Shown piece by piece: positions 36,814-47,783 of a stretch of DNA of 64,000 nt (within the stretch, counting starts at the first letter, position 1; the number at the start of each line of letters is the position of its first letter). The position numbers and the translations under genes are program-made. This DNA is from a phage. The stretch lies in sequence record PZ386974.1; one strand, given 5' to 3'. The notes below the pieces were generated by a model, which ran no database searches, was not told the DNA's origin, and saw only the letters and a list, made by a program, of their open reading frames with translations.

Positions 36814-39525
36814 TCAAAAATCGAACATATCGAACAGAGATGCTTTCTTCTCGTAATCGAGTTTCGCTGCTGATGTGAATCCTTCAAGTGGTTTAATAAA
36901 TGTCTTCTCAAGGAGAACAGTGTAGTCCATCCAATGAAGTACGTCGTCTTTAATTAAATCTGTGATTTCAGTACCAGAAGGCCATGCGATACATTTATCA
37001 CCGAATGGGTTTCCTTCACGTAAAGGCAGAACATATACTTTTTCACCTTCTACAACTTGCGGCGCATCGATATTACCTTTGATAGCCCGGTTATACGTCA
37101 GAATTCCACGAATATGGAACGGGCATTTGGGACCAGGGAATCCACCGACGTCATATTTAGCAATGTTATTCGCAGAAGATACCGACGCGATGCTAATATA
37201 ATTCAATTGACGGAATTCTTTTTCAAACTCTTTAAAATATTCTTGTAATGATTCTTCACCTTCTTGAAGCATACGACGAATACATTCCTTAAGAGCTTTC
37301 TGTACTGCTTTAGGGGTCGAAGATTTCTGAGTCTCTAGACCCATGATTTTGAGTTTAGGCTCAGCGTATCTGGTTCCTTCCATATCCCACACGTTTAATG
37401 CATAACGTTTCTTACCAGTCCAAAATCCGCCAATACCTTTAGAACCAAGCGGAGGCCCAGCGATAGCTTCTCGGTCCATGAACATTAAGTGTTGTTTATT
37501 GTTCATGTATTCACACATTTCACGGAAACCTCTATCAATAGCAGGTTCCATACGTTCACGTGCAAACTTATCTAAGAAGTCTACCCAATGGTTGGTATCA
37601 CGGAATTTAGATTCACCAACCTTATCGATAATTTTATCAGCAGATACGTAAATAGAGTCTGTATCACCATAAAGAACGAAAGCTTCACCTTCTGTACCAC
37701 AAACTTCATTCAGATATTCATTAACTTTACGTTCAATCCACTGTAAAGCCATTTGCCCGAATGTTGTGATTGCAGTAGCATTACGCAAATCATAATAACG
37801 GAACCAAACGTTGCCAAGTGCACCATAAAGTGAGTTGATGAGCAATTTACGGTTAATTTGTGCAGTCATACCTGCAACTTCAGTACGTTGAGCTCTAAAC
37901 AACATTTCGTTAAGAGATTTAGCAGACAACTTTTTAATCTTTTCTTTAATCTCATCACTGAAGTCGAAACGATAATCAACATCTAATGGTTCGTCAACAG
38001 AAAGATTAGGATTATGCAATGCCTCTTTAATTATTTCACCATTGCGTTGAGCCGCAAGCATATAACCTTTGTGTTCTTTACGTTGATTAAAGACTTTAGT
38101 GATTTCAGTTGGAACAACACCGTCACGGTCTTTATAATACATCATGCCGTTAGGAGAACAACTGTACACATCAGAAGGACGTTCAGCAACAGCGTTAATA
38201 TAATCATGCAATGGAGCTACTTTAAACGTTCCTGCTATTGTTTCTGGGCTAATATTCACTTGGCGAATAATACTTGGATACAGAGATGTGAGGTCGAAGC
38301 TCATCACATATTTGTATCGATTTGGAATAGGTTCCTTAACAAAAGCGCCAGGATAAGGTTGAACCGGATGAGAACGACCTTGTGGAATCACCTTGTTCTG
38401 CTCTTTAAGGCTATTAAAAATAATAGCATCCCATGTTTTAATTGGGCTAAACACAGATTGAATCTGTATCTTAGCATAATAACCCATGTCCAAGCTCAAG
38501 TTAATGAACTGACGTTTACCATCAATTTGCAATACACGATACACGTCGATAATGTTATAAGAAATATATCGTTGGTGATTGCTTTCACGAAGCTTAGAAA
38601 TAGGGCCGTCATATTTCAGTTTACCAACGTTCAATTCAAATTCTGAAATGTAATCCAGAGAATACGACGGTTGATTGGTAAAAGAGAATTTTTTGTAAAG
38701 GTCAATGTAATCAAGAACAGAGATACCGAACAATGTAATGATTTCACGAGAACCATACATGTTTTCGATAACTTTAACACGAGTTTTACGATGTGGTGAT
38801 AAACGTTTCGCAGTAGATTCGCCAAAAATATTCTTGATTCGGTTATACACATATGGAATATCAAATGACTCAACGTTCCATCCAGTCAAAATGACAGGAG
38901 TTTTCTGTTGCCAGAAGTTGAGATATTCCATCAACAATTCTTTTTCATTATCGAACGGCATATAAATGATTTTATCGATAATTTCGGATGGAACTTCATC
39001 ACCACCTTGTTCTTGAAGCTTAGCCGCAATTTCGATAGACCATTCTTCCACATTACCGTATGGAGAATTCAAAAGGTCAAATACGTAGAACCTGTCGTCA
39101 ATTGAGTCATAATGGGTGATAGCATCAATCGGATGTTTTGCTTGTGACGGCTCAGGGAACCCGTCCGGAGATGTTACTTCGATGTCGAAGTTAGCCACAC
39201 GAATTTTTGTATGGTCGTATTTGATTTCATAGTTATAAGTGTCAGACAAATACGCCAATTTGAAATCGTCCATGCCAAGTGCTTCAAGTCCGATATCTTC
39301 CATGCGTTTAATCCATTGGGAGGCATCACGCATATTAGCGAACAACTTACGAGTACACGGCTTACCGTAGATATCGAAATATTTCGTAGCCTGACTTTCT
39401 GGACAATGAGCAAACAGTGATGGTTTATATTCTACTTCACGAGTACGTTCACGGCCATTAGAATCGATGTAACGTTCAAAAATTGAATCACCAATCTGTT
39501 CAACCGTTAAGTAAAATTCTTTCAT
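36814..39525 (-). CDS. 43: DNA polymerase (family B)
   Basis: 903 aa; sequence appears essentially identical to RB69 gp43 as recalled (MKEFYLTVEQIGDSIFERYIDSNGRER..., YGDTDS). Confidence 0.95.
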   Translation of the reverse strand: MKEFYLTVEQIGDSIFERYIDSNGRERTREVEYKPSLFAHCPESQATKYFDIYGKPCTRKLFANMRDASQWIKRMEDIGLEALGMDDFKLAYLSDTYNYEIKYDHTKIRVANFDIEVTSPDGFPEPSQAKHPIDAITHYDSIDDRFYVFDLLNSPYGNVEEWSIEIAAKLQEQGGDEVPSEIIDKIIYMPFDNEKELLMEYLNFWQQKTPVILTGWNVESFDIPYVYNRIKNIFGESTAKRLSPHRKTRVKVIENMYGSREIITLFGISVLDYIDLYKKFSFTNQPSYSLDYISEFELNVGKLKYDGPISKLRESNHQRYISYNIIDVYRVLQIDGKRQFINLSLDMGYYAKIQIQSVFSPIKTWDAIIFNSLKEQNKVIPQGRSHPVQPYPGAFVKEPIPNRYKYVMSFDLTSLYPSIIRQVNISPETIAGTFKVAPLHDYINAVAERPSDVYSCSPNGMMYYKDRDGVVPTEITKVFNQRKEHKGYMLAAQRNGEIIKEALHNPNLSVDEPLDVDYRFDFSDEIKEKIKKLSAKSLNEMLFRAQRTEVAGMTAQINRKLLINSLYGALGNVWFRYYDLRNATAITTFGQMALQWIERKVNEYLNEVCGTEGEAFVLYGDTDSIYVSADKIIDKVGESKFRDTNHWVDFLDKFARERMEPAIDRGFREMCEYMNNKQHLMFMDREAIAGPPLGSKGIGGFWTGKKRYALNVWDMEGTRYAEPKLKIMGLETQKSSTPKAVQKALKECIRRMLQEGEESLQEYFKEFEKEFRQLNYISIASVSSANNIAKYDVGGFPGPKCPFHIRGILTYNRAIKGNIDAPQVVEGEKVYVLPLREGNPFGDKCIAWPSGTEITDLIKDDVLHWMDYTVLLEKTFIKPLEGFTSAAKLDYEKKASLFDMFDF

Positions 39526-39584
39526 TTAATTTCCTTTAGACGAGTTATTGTCTTTTGTTTGTTGATGAACTTATTATACTCCAA

Positions 39585-39602
39585 ATGGGACCGAAGTCCC
39601 AT
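39585..39602 (-). terminator. UUCG-tetraloop hairpin ATGGGAC/GTCCCAT (terminator-like or RNA-stability element)
   Basis: Between regA stop and gene 43 start; short U-tail; TATAAT follows on minus strand. Confidence 0.3.
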
Positions 39603-39606
39603 TGCT

Positions 39607-39975
39607 TTAATTACCAATTGTATATTTTGCTTTCAAAGTCCAGTCATCTTTCTGTTTAAAAGAGATAACACGGAAGTTATTAGTCAGGCCAAACAGATCT
39701 TCACGAGCAGAGTCTTCAATAACAATCAATCCCCAGTCTTCAAGCAACTGGGCAATCGAATCACGTCGTTGGTAGTCTTCACCATCAATATCAACTTGAC
39801 GCCCGTCCATACGCAACATTTCTTTAAAGTGGACGATGTAATATTTACCTTGCTTTTGGAGGATATGACAGGACTGATAAAGAACTTTATCCTTGTTATT
39901 AGCGATGCCCATACGGGTCAGAGTCTCTTTGACTTTAAGAAAATCTTCGGGGTTCTTCAATTTAATTTCAATCAT
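39607..39975 (-). CDS. regA: RegA translational repressor
   Basis: Start set to ATG at 39975 (MIEIKLKNPEDFLKVKETLTRMGIANNKDKVLYQSCHILQK) matching recalled T4 RegA, 122 aa. Confidence 0.8.
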   Translation of the reverse strand: MIEIKLKNPEDFLKVKETLTRMGIANNKDKVLYQSCHILQKQGKYYIVHFKEMLRMDGRQVDIDGEDYQRRDSIAQLLEDWGLIVIEDSAREDLFGLTNNFRVISFKQKDDWTLKAKYTIGN

Positions 39976-39977
39976 TT

Positions 39978-40541
39978 TTACCATTCCAATGCTAATTTTT
40001 TAAATTGTTTTTGTTCTTTCACATTTTTTGTAACTTCTTTGAGAAACTCATCAGTGACCATGGCCTTCAGTTCTTTAAGGACTATTGGCAACTTGTTATT
40101 TTTTTCAAGGAGCCGCTTATACTCAGTAGCATCATTCATGTTGATTGTGTAACGTTTCATCAACAGTTTGATAACTAGTAACTCTGAAGTGTCTTCGACT
40201 AGTTTAGCCCATTTAGAGAATCGACGACCACGCGGAATTGCCGCCATCATATAGTTGAAGTGCGCTTCATCACTTAATTCAGAACCGACTAAGTTCATCA
40301 TGTAAACAGCTGGCATACATTCTGGAAACTGGGATAATGAGTTCTCAACCATAAATTTTGAGTAGTCAACCTGAGCAATTGACATAGGTTTCTTTTCATT
40401 AATAGCATTAATGATTTTAAAGAATTCATTCTCAGGTTTTTCTTTAAACATATCAGCACATTTTTGAATCGCATCAGCGTCATTAGACTTCCATGCAATT
40501 TGGTGCTCGTTAAGCCGGACGTCATCATCGAATAAGTTCAT
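39978..40541 (-). CDS. 62: clamp loader small subunit
   Basis: 187 aa; matches recalled T4 gp62 (…[15 protein letters not shown]). Confidence 0.85.
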   Translation of the reverse strand: MNLFDDDVRLNEHQIAWKSNDADAIQKCADMFKEKPENEFFKIINAINEKKPMSIAQVDYSKFMVENSLSQFPECMPAVYMMNLVGSELSDEAHFNYMMAAIPRGRRFSKWAKLVEDTSELLVIKLLMKRYTINMNDATEYKRLLEKNNKLPIVLKELKAMVTDEFLKEVTKNVKEQKQFKKLALEW

Positions 40542-40542
40542 A

Positions 40543-41505
40543 TTATTTCCAAGTCAGTTCGCAGGTCAGTTGAAGAAGCATATACATAACATGTAATTCA
40601 ATATTACTTGCTAATCCATGAAACTTGTTGTTTTCGCCTGCAATTTCATAAAGCGAAATAATACTTTTACCAGGTGCAACTTGGTCATAACATTCTGAAA
40701 CTAATTTATCGATGAACCATGAATAATCTGCGGCATATTTTGGAGCTAATGCACGAAGCTGTTTGATATCTTTGTTCTTCATTGCTTCGATAACATCAGA
40801 GACTGTGCCACGGTCATTAGTTACGATAGACAAAATACCCGCATCAAGAACACCTTTAGACGAGTACTGGTCTAATTGGCCAATTGTACGACGAAAGTCC
40901 GGGAAGTTCTTTTTAACCAGAGCTGCAACAACTTTCATATCAGCGATTTCGATATTTTCATTCTTACAGATTTCAACCATACGATGAATCATTTTCTTCA
41001 TCATCGAGATTTTATCTTCTTCGGTTGGACGTCCGAATTCGATAACTCGACAACGACTACGTAACGGTTCGATAATTCCATCGATGTTGTTGGCAGTAAT
41101 AATAATAGAACAGTTACTAGAGAATTCTTCCATAAACGTACGAAGGTGACGTTGTGATTCGGCGAGACCACTACGATCAAATTCATCAATAACAATAACT
41201 TTAGGCTTGCCTTCCATTGAGACTGAACGAGCGAATGCAGTTAATGGACCACGCACAAAATCAATCTTACAATCAGAACCGTTGACGAACATCATTTCGG
41301 CATTGATATCATTACATAATGCTTTTGCTACGGTTGTTTTACCTGTACCAGGAGAAGGAGAGTGCAAAATAATATGAGGAAGTTTTCCTTTAGATACTAA
41401 AGACTTGAATGTTTCATGGTCATACGCAGGCAGAATACATTCGTCAATGGAAGAAGGACGATATTTCTGTTCTAGAATGTGTTCTTTGGAATTGATAGTA
41501 ATCAT
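40543..41505 (-). CDS. 44: clamp loader large subunit (AAA+)
   Basis: 320 aa; [18 protein letters not shown]...[10 protein letters not shown] matches recalled T4 gp44. Confidence 0.9.
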   Translation of the reverse strand: MITINSKEHILEQKYRPSSIDECILPAYDHETFKSLVSKGKLPHIILHSPSPGTGKTTVAKALCNDINAEMMFVNGSDCKIDFVRGPLTAFARSVSMEGKPKVIVIDEFDRSGLAESQRHLRTFMEEFSSNCSIIITANNIDGIIEPLRSRCRVIEFGRPTEEDKISMMKKMIHRMVEICKNENIEIADMKVVAALVKKNFPDFRRTIGQLDQYSSKGVLDAGILSIVTNDRGTVSDVIEAMKNKDIKQLRALAPKYAADYSWFIDKLVSECYDQVAPGKSIISLYEIAGENNKFHGLASNIELHVMYMLLQLTCELTWK

Positions 41506-41580
41506 GTAATTTTCCTCATTATCATTAAACTGGAGGATTTCTCCTCCATAATCGTACTACATTAAACGTAAAGCTTTGAC

Positions 41581-42267
41581 TTAGAAGTCGTGAGTAGAAT
41601 CGGCTTCCATCGCAATAACATAACTTACTTGAGAGCTTTCAAACTTAGCTGCAACTTTATCACCAGCTCCCCACAACATTACTTTATAGTTACCTGGCTG
41701 AATTTTCATATTAGCCATATTGATTACGAAGTTAAAGTTGTTAGAACCATCATAATCAGTAAGAGTCAAAGAATACTTAGGACGAGTTAGTCCAGAATCT
41801 TCAACTTTATTATAACCATTGATAACAATTTTACCATCTTTATTTGTAATAGCAATTGTATCAATCTGGAGACCACGTGAAACTCGAAGCAATTGTTGAA
41901 GGTCTTCAGCTTTAATTTCAGTAATCACAGAAGCCACCGGGAATTGAATTGGCTTATTAGGAAAAACAATGGTGCTCTTGTCGGCAGCAGGCCAATAAAC
42001 TGTGGAACGTGTATCTGCAATTTTAATATTGCCGTCAGTGTGCATTGAAATTTCAGCATCGTCAGACACTAGACTCAAAATGCTTAAGAAGCTATTCAAA
42101 TCATAAAGTGCTACGTCAAAATCAATTTCATCAGAGATATTTGCTTCCGCATAAGTGGTGCCATTAACTGCACGAGTCATAATAAATTTACCTTGACTCA
42201 GCAGAATGCCGGAGTTAATAGAGGCAAAGTTTTTCAGAATAGCGATAGTATCTTTAGACAGTTTCAT
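41581..42267 (-). CDS. 45: sliding clamp
   Basis: Start set to ATG at 42267 (MKLSKDTIAILKNF...), 228 aa as T4 gp45; AAGGAAA SD. Confidence 0.9.
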   Translation of the reverse strand: MKLSKDTIAILKNFASINSGILLSQGKFIMTRAVNGTTYAEANISDEIDFDVALYDLNSFLSILSLVSDDAEISMHTDGNIKIADTRSTVYWPAADKSTIVFPNKPIQFPVASVITEIKAEDLQQLLRVSRGLQIDTIAITNKDGKIVINGYNKVEDSGLTRPKYSLTLTDYDGSNNFNFVINMANMKIQPGNYKVMLWGAGDKVAAKFESSQVSYVIAMEADSTHDF

Positions 42268-42309
42268 TTTATTTCCTTTCAAGACAATTCAAAGTTTATA
42301 ACAAATTTA

Positions 42310-42726
42310 TTATGCAGCAACCATCTGCTTTTTAATAGCTTCAGGCAGTGATTCAATATATTCTGGAATTTTAGAAGCAACAATTTCACCAGCTGCAATT
42401 AGTTGTTCGTCGGCATCAACACAGTAAAAATCTTCAAGGCGTTCAGAACCGTCTTTATCAAGAACGATTTTAGCACCTGCTTCGATAGAATCTTTATAGT
42501 GCTTACGCATCAAATGAATCCACATATCAGACACATCGTTATCAATAAAACCATAAATCATAAAACGAGTTTCTTGTGGCAAAGATTGGAGTTTTTTAGC
42601 ACTTGCGTCATCACAATGCAGGACCCATGCTTTACGAACACGATTATGGTTATGCGGGTTAGCGTCAGTACGGATAGAAGTAACTTTCAGATCAGCAGCG
42701 GTAAAACCTTTAGCAGTAGTAAACAT
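42310..42726 (-). CDS. rpbA: RNA polymerase-binding protein RpbA-like (138 aa)
   Basis: Position between 45 and 46 as in T4; size similar; not sequence-verified. Confidence 0.45.
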   Translation of the reverse strand: MFTTAKGFTAADLKVTSIRTDANPHNHNRVRKAWVLHCDDASAKKLQSLPQETRFMIYGFIDNDVSDMWIHLMRKHYKDSIEAGAKIVLDKDGSERLEDFYCVDADEQLIAAGEIVASKIPEYIESLPEAIKKQMVAA

Positions 42727-42738
42727 ATTATTTCTCTC

Positions 42739-42939
42739 TTATTCGTAGAAGTCGGTAACTGTCCATGCGGAATTGCGATTAGACATTATTTTATTATACT
42801 CATCTTTAAAAGCAGATTTGAGCATTTGTTCAGTAACAATATGTTCTTCACCTGAAAACGTATTGGTCAAAACATATTTTTTAATTTCAGGGACAACGAG
42901 AAGATGTTGGCCAGTTGAATACTCCATGTTGTTCTCCAT
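42739..42939 (-). CDS. hypothetical protein (66 aa)
   Basis: ATG start. Confidence 0.4.
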   Translation of the reverse strand: MENNMEYSTGQHLLVVPEIKKYVLTNTFSGEEHIVTEQMLKSAFKDEYNKIMSNRNSAWTVTDFYE

Positions 42940-42981
42940 TTAATTTGATGTGGTCATTATAACCACATCGTGTTAAAGCGT

Positions 42982-44670
42982 TTATGAAACAGTCATTACA
43001 GTAAATCGTCCAACTTTGCTCATCCGAAGATGTTGTCCATAACGTTGAGGGTCATGGTCTCGATGAGAGATAATGAACACATTAGTATTTTGTAAACTTC
43101 CAAGAATGGTATCTATAGCCTTAACAGCCTCAGAATCGACAGCCCCGTCAAAAACCTCATCAAGAATCAGAGTGTTGATTTTAACACCAGAGACCTTTTC
43201 AGCAATATCTCTCCATGTAAACAACAATGCGATATCGATACGTGCCTTTTCACCTTGACTAAATGAAGCATAACTAAAATCTTCACGACCACGTGATTTT
43301 ATAGATTCATTGAATTCTTCGTCAATAGAAAACACGTAATCAGCTTCCATGATTTTAAGATAATGGTTAATCTGCTTGTTGAACAGAGGCACATATTTTT
43401 TAATGATAGCACCTTTAATACCAGAATCTTTTAACATATCTGTGATAATACCACGATGGTATTTTTCAAGAACGATATCCGATTTTGTTTTAATGATTTT
43501 ATCAAGTTCTTTTTGAAGCAAAGCTATCTCATCGGCATGGTCGATAAATTCTGCTGAGGCTTGCTCTATTGCAGCTTTAACTTTCTTAGCTTTATCAATA
43601 GTGGCAATCATTGCTTGTTTCTTGGTATGAATATCAGATGCAAGGTCCTGTTTAGTCTTAACATTAGCTCTATATTCGTCCACTAGGACACTCAGATTAT
43701 CTCTGTGACATGTAAGTTGCTCGAATGAGTGATTACATTCGTGAAGCTTATCGGTAATCTTAGAGACAATAGGATCACCCTGGTGCAACTGTGATGCACA
43801 AGTAGGACATGTGCCACCATCATGATACATCTTAATAACTTTGTTGTATGAGTCGATTTTAGATTTAATCAAGAATGCTTCTTGTCCTATCTTGTTGAAT
43901 GCCTCAGTAGGGTCTTCATCAAGAACGATATTAAGTAGTCGCTCATTAGCTTCTTCGATTTCTGCTTTTAATGAACGAGCTTCTTTGGCTAGGTCGTCAT
44001 ACATATTCTGTAGACGCGCTACATTATCACCAGATAATTTCTTTTGACGTTCGATATTCTCGTTATAAATCTTAATTTGTTGGATAACACCATCTTTCTT
44101 GGCATCGAGAACTTGTCCCTGGGAATTAAGTTCTCGAACTTGAGACTTATTGATTTTATCCATTTCGGCGAGTGTGCCGACTTCTAAAAGGTCTTCGACA
44201 AGTTTTCTACGAGCAGGGGTGCTAAGAGCCATGAAAGGGGTATACCCTGCCGTCCCAAGCACAACGATCTGTTTAAAAGACGCGTATGACATTCCGATGC
44301 TACGTTCAAATTCTTCTTGGAAGTCACGACTGCTGGCAGATTCATCGAGACGAACACCGTCAACGGAGATTTCGAAAATATTGGGCTTTTGGCCACGTCT
44401 AATGAAGTATTTTTTATCATCGAATTCCATCCAAAGCTCAACTAAGAGCTCTTTCTTGTTCGTGCTATTAATGATTTGTCCTTTCTTAACATCACGAAAT
44501 GGTTTACCGAAAAGTCCGAAAGTAATGGCTTCTAACATCGTAGATTTACCACCGCCATTTTTACCAGTGATTAATGTCTTTTGGACTTTATCTAATTGGA
44601 TATCAATAGGATTCCCACCTACCGACATGATGTTTTGATAACGAACACGATTTAATTTAAATGATTTCAT
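42982..44670 (-). CDS. 46: recombination endonuclease subunit (SbcC/Rad50-like)
   Basis: 562 aa; Walker A GKNGGGKST; coiled-coil centre with CPTC zinc hook; matches T4 gp46. Confidence 0.9.
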   Translation of the reverse strand: MKSFKLNRVRYQNIMSVGGNPIDIQLDKVQKTLITGKNGGGKSTMLEAITFGLFGKPFRDVKKGQIINSTNKKELLVELWMEFDDKKYFIRRGQKPNIFEISVDGVRLDESASSRDFQEEFERSIGMSYASFKQIVVLGTAGYTPFMALSTPARRKLVEDLLEVGTLAEMDKINKSQVRELNSQGQVLDAKKDGVIQQIKIYNENIERQKKLSGDNVARLQNMYDDLAKEARSLKAEIEEANERLLNIVLDEDPTEAFNKIGQEAFLIKSKIDSYNKVIKMYHDGGTCPTCASQLHQGDPIVSKITDKLHECNHSFEQLTCHRDNLSVLVDEYRANVKTKQDLASDIHTKKQAMIATIDKAKKVKAAIEQASAEFIDHADEIALLQKELDKIIKTKSDIVLEKYHRGIITDMLKDSGIKGAIIKKYVPLFNKQINHYLKIMEADYVFSIDEEFNESIKSRGREDFSYASFSQGEKARIDIALLFTWRDIAEKVSGVKINTLILDEVFDGAVDSEAVKAIDTILGSLQNTNVFIISHRDHDPQRYGQHLRMSKVGRFTVMTVS

Positions 44671-44915
44671 ATGTATTCTCTTCGAATGAAGTCCTCTACA
44701 TATTTTAACATGTCATCTCTATCAGCAAAATATTCATCTAGTTCTGCATACATAACAACACCTGGCGCGTACTCACAGGTAACATACATTGTTCCAAAGA
44801 AACTAGGAGTTGATTCCTCGTAATTCTCAGTCCATTCAACGATACCAATATAACCGTCACCAATACTAAATTCATGACGATGGATTTCATAATCAGTCTT
44901 CGTCATTATACGCAT
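44667..44915 (-). CDS. hypothetical protein (82 aa; 46.1 position)
   Basis: Track start is TTG; first ATG at 44915. Confidence 0.4.
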   Translation of the reverse strand: MRIMTKTDYEIHRHEFSIGDGYIGIVEWTENYEESTPSFFGTMYVTCEYAPGVVMYAELDEYFADRDDMLKYVEDFIRREYI

Positions 44916-45150
44916 CCTCAATACACGCTTCAGCCATTTTAAGAATAGAGCCAGGAGTATCGTTGTCCATTATATTAAAGCTAAATTCAATAGCCCAGTC
45001 GGTGCAGACATGAACTGCTTTAACTTCATTGCCTTCAACGCGTAATGGCTCAATCCAATACTTGATAGTGTTCTCGAATCCATCATCATCTTTAACGTCA
45101 ATTTCAACTTCAAGGTTGAGTCCAGCATTGTTAAATTCATCTAAAGTCAT
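44893..45150 (-). CDS. hypothetical protein (85 aa; 46.2 position)
   Basis: ATGA-coupled to gene 47. Confidence 0.4.
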   Translation of the reverse strand: MTLDEFNNAGLNLEVEIDVKDDDGFENTIKYWIEPLRVEGNEVKAVHVCTDWAIEFSFNIMDNDTPGSILKMAEACIEDAYNDED

Positions 45151-46166
45151 TGTGTTGCCTCGATATAAAGTTCGTTGGAATATTTGACCAGCGCTTCTCT
45201 GTCTTCGTCTGAGATATCTGGAATCGCGTCAATATATTCTTTAATGATATCTTGAAGTGATTTAATCTCTATTTCCTGGTCGTCATCAGATTCAACACTG
45301 TTATCAACTTTAGAAACCATACGAAGAGAGTGAACTACTTTTTCAAGTTCAGATTCAAACTTAGTCAACTCTGAATCGATTTCTGATACTATAACACGTA
45401 CGGCTAGATTAGTATAATCAGAATAATTGATTTTGCCTTTAAACGGATAAGTGATTCGTCGATGCCATGTTGTTTCATTAGGAATAAATTCCATACGTTC
45501 AACATCAGTGTCAAATACCCAGAATCCTCGAGGGTCGTTCTCATCGCCTGCAGTAAGGGTCCATGGTGTCCCAATATATTTGACGTTAGCAGCTTCAGAG
45601 ATTGTGTGGAAGTGGCCGGACCAGACTTGTTTATAGGTCTTTAAGAAATCAGGTTCAAGCCCATGAGACTTCATTCCTTTATAGAAATAAAAGCCATTCA
45701 GTTCCCAGTGCCCAACACAATACGCTGCGGAAGAAGTCTTGATGTGCTCTAAGATTTCACCTGTATTTTCTTCACACATCCATGGAACGATATCAATCAG
45801 ACATCCGTCAAAATCTACAGTAGTTGGATGTTCATAAATAGTAAAGTTTTCAAATTGAGTTAACAATTCAGAAACAGTGTTAGGTGTTATTGTATTCTTA
45901 AACGCCATGTCATGGTTTCCTATCGTGACATGAACGTGAATGCCTGCTTTAGAAATCATATCAACGATTTCACGATTGAATTCCATTGTACGATGTGTTA
46001 TTGCTTTACGGACGTCAAACCAATCACCGTACTGAATCCAAGTTTTAATCCCGTGTTTCTTAGAGTATTCAATTGCTTGTCGAATACCATCACGTTGAAT
46101 ATCTTGAACCCATGGGTCGTCTTGTTTGACTCCGATATGGAAGTCGCCTAAGTGCAAAATTTTCAT
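45147..46166 (-). CDS. 47: recombination endonuclease subunit (SbcD/Mre11-like)
   Basis: 339 aa; phosphoesterase motifs (LHLGDFH, GNHD); matches T4 gp47. Confidence 0.9.
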   Translation of the reverse strand: MKILHLGDFHIGVKQDDPWVQDIQRDGIRQAIEYSKKHGIKTWIQYGDWFDVRKAITHRTMEFNREIVDMISKAGIHVHVTIGNHDMAFKNTITPNTVSELLTQFENFTIYEHPTTVDFDGCLIDIVPWMCEENTGEILEHIKTSSAAYCVGHWELNGFYFYKGMKSHGLEPDFLKTYKQVWSGHFHTISEAANVKYIGTPWTLTAGDENDPRGFWVFDTDVERMEFIPNETTWHRRITYPFKGKINYSDYTNLAVRVIVSEIDSELTKFESELEKVVHSLRMVSKVDNSVESDDDQEIEIKSLQDIIKEYIDAIPDISDEDREALVKYSNELYIEATQ

Positions 46167-46212
46167 ATTATTTCCTCATTAGTTAATTCATTTTATCATC
46201 CGTTTATAAAGC

Positions 46213-46236
46213 AAAAAAGGAACTCCGAAGAGTTCC
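46213..46236 (-). terminator. intrinsic terminator, UUCG-tetraloop hairpin GGAACTC/GAGTTCC plus U6
   Basis: Upstream of gene 47. Confidence 0.55.
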
Positions 46237-46409
46237 TATCCACATAATACACCGTACAGAGGCTCATTTGAACTTTTAAATCGAATGGGCTTGTACGTAA
46301 TAGTTCCTTCGGCTTTAGCTTTATCATAAGACTCTTTAAAACGTCTCATTCTTTCTGCTTTGCCTTTACGGATTTTATCGAAATTTTCAGAAGTCGGGAT
46401 GTTCGTCAT
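46236..46409 (-). CDS. hypothetical basic protein (57 aa), below track threshold
   Basis: ATG with GAGGTG SD; stop overlaps UUCG-loop terminator. Confidence 0.3.
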   Translation of the reverse strand: MTNIPTSENFDKIRKGKAERMRRFKESYDKAKAEGTITYKPIRFKSSNEPLYGVLCG

Positions 46410-46448
46410 GCATAAGCACCTCTCAGAAAATGCCTAAATCAATTTCTC

Positions 46449-46655
46449 TCATCGTTTCCACCATTTCTTAACTTGAAATGAATCGACCCACACGAGTTGT
46501 TTTGGGTCTGCCTTTACAATAGGCGGACAAATTTCTGTAATAGAACCGTCGTGATATTCCTTTTCAGAAATTTTAACACAAAGAGGACCTCCCAATTTAA
46601 GGGTGAACCCTGCGTTCAGCTTCAGACGTTTAAACTTTGTTTGAACTAGCGCCAT
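46449..46655 (-). CDS. hypothetical protein (68 aa)
   Basis: Track start is TTG; first ATG at 46655. Confidence 0.35.
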   Translation of the reverse strand: MALVQTKFKRLKLNAGFTLKLGGPLCVKISEKEYHDGSITEICPPIVKADPKQLVWVDSFQVKKWWKR

Positions 46656-46953
46656 TAATGATGTCCTCAATAGCCTGACGAGTAGTAACCCACTGGATTT
46701 TAATTAACTTGTCATTGTACGGTTGTCGTAGAATATCCCGAGATTTCTTAATAGCATATTCGTAAGCTTCGAAGTTGTTTTGAATTGCTGCTTCTTGAGC
46801 ATGAGCATAAAGACGGTTTAGTTCAAAACGATTCTTTTTAAGAATCTTTTCGGATTTTTTACGTGCTTCAGCTTCATTTTTCTTTTGGATTTCTTGTAGC
46901 ATTTTAGCTACTGCATCTTCTGCTTCTTTATTTTCAATAATCTCGGTAGTCAT
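46630..46953 (-). CDS. hypothetical protein (107 aa)
   Basis: ATG start. Confidence 0.45.
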   Translation of the reverse strand: MTTEIIENKEAEDAVAKMLQEIQKKNEAEARKKSEKILKKNRFELNRLYAHAQEAAIQNNFEAYEYAIKKSRDILRQPYNDKLIKIQWVTTRQAIEDIINGASSNKV

Positions 46954-46954
46954 A

Positions 46955-47164
46955 TTATCTCATTAAATTAAAATAAAAACGTCCATCCTCTTCAATACAG
47001 AACTCATACTCAACCGGAGTCCCGTTTATTGAAAATGACACGTCATGTGGGTTCAAAGGGTCGATGTCAAAATTAATTTTAAATTCACGACCCAACAGTT
47101 TTACCAAATAAGGGATTGCTTCGTCAAAAGGTTCTTCTAAGTAGTTAGAGATGTCAATTGTCAT
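46955..47164 (-). CDS. hypothetical protein (69 aa)
   Basis: Track ORF overlaps gene 55; trimmed to ATG at 47164 just after gene 55 stop. Confidence 0.4.
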   Translation of the reverse strand: MTIDISNYLEEPFDEAIPYLVKLLGREFKINFDIDPLNPHDVSFSINGTPVEYEFCIEEDGRFYFNLMR

Positions 47165-47711
47165 CCTCATATAAAAAATCCAAACTAGGCGAATCGCTAA
47201 CAACTTCCTTCTTTTCAGCCCCAGGAGCTTTATAAGCGGATTCTTCATAATGCGTCATTTTATCGTAGATGTCTTGAATAAACGTTTCATCTACCAACGC
47301 TACCATATCATCGTCATGACTGTCATAGACATTATGAACGAAGTAACTATATTTCTTTGCAACTTCCTTACGTTCTTTTTTGATACGTTGGACAAAAGCA
47401 TTAAAACAAGCTCGAGTTATGTATGCATGTGGGTTATTGTACTTAGTTTCGTCGAAATTATGAAGTCCCTTAATAGAGGCTTCAATCCCATCTGCAATCA
47501 TCTCCTGCTTCCAAGACTGGGTATATCCTGAAAAGTTGAAACGTTTGGACAGGCCTTCGGCGATAAGCATAATTGCTAAACCGATGGTATCATTCTGACG
47601 AATAATTTTGTTTGGGTCTTTATTATTTAAGAGCTCCTTTTTCCACTCGATTATAGCGGCGAGAAGCTCTTTATTATTCACATAGTTATTTTTAGGTTTT
47701 TGTTCAGTCAT
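47154..47711 (-). CDS. 55: late-transcription sigma factor
   Basis: Start set to ATG at 47711 giving 185 aa; internal …[48 protein letters not shown] matches recalled T4 gp55. Confidence 0.85.
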   Translation of the reverse strand: MTEQKPKNNYVNNKELLAAIIEWKKELLNNKDPNKIIRQNDTIGLAIMLIAEGLSKRFNFSGYTQSWKQEMIADGIEASIKGLHNFDETKYNNPHAYITRACFNAFVQRIKKERKEVAKKYSYFVHNVYDSHDDDMVALVDETFIQDIYDKMTHYEESAYKAPGAEKKEVVSDSPSLDFLYEDDN

Positions 47712-47783
47712 AAGTACCTCTTGGCTCAATTCATAGGTCTATTATATCATAATATTTAGAGACCTATCTTAAAGCACGAGATA

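Noticed and set aside
38014-38646. 210-aa plus-strand ORF inside gene 43 (and similar plus-strand ORFs such as 7312..7734, 11493..11771, 44150..44638, 60671..61027, 63059..63475)
   Set aside because: Antisense shadow frames fully inside well-supported minus-strand genes; low-complexity composition and no ribosome-binding site
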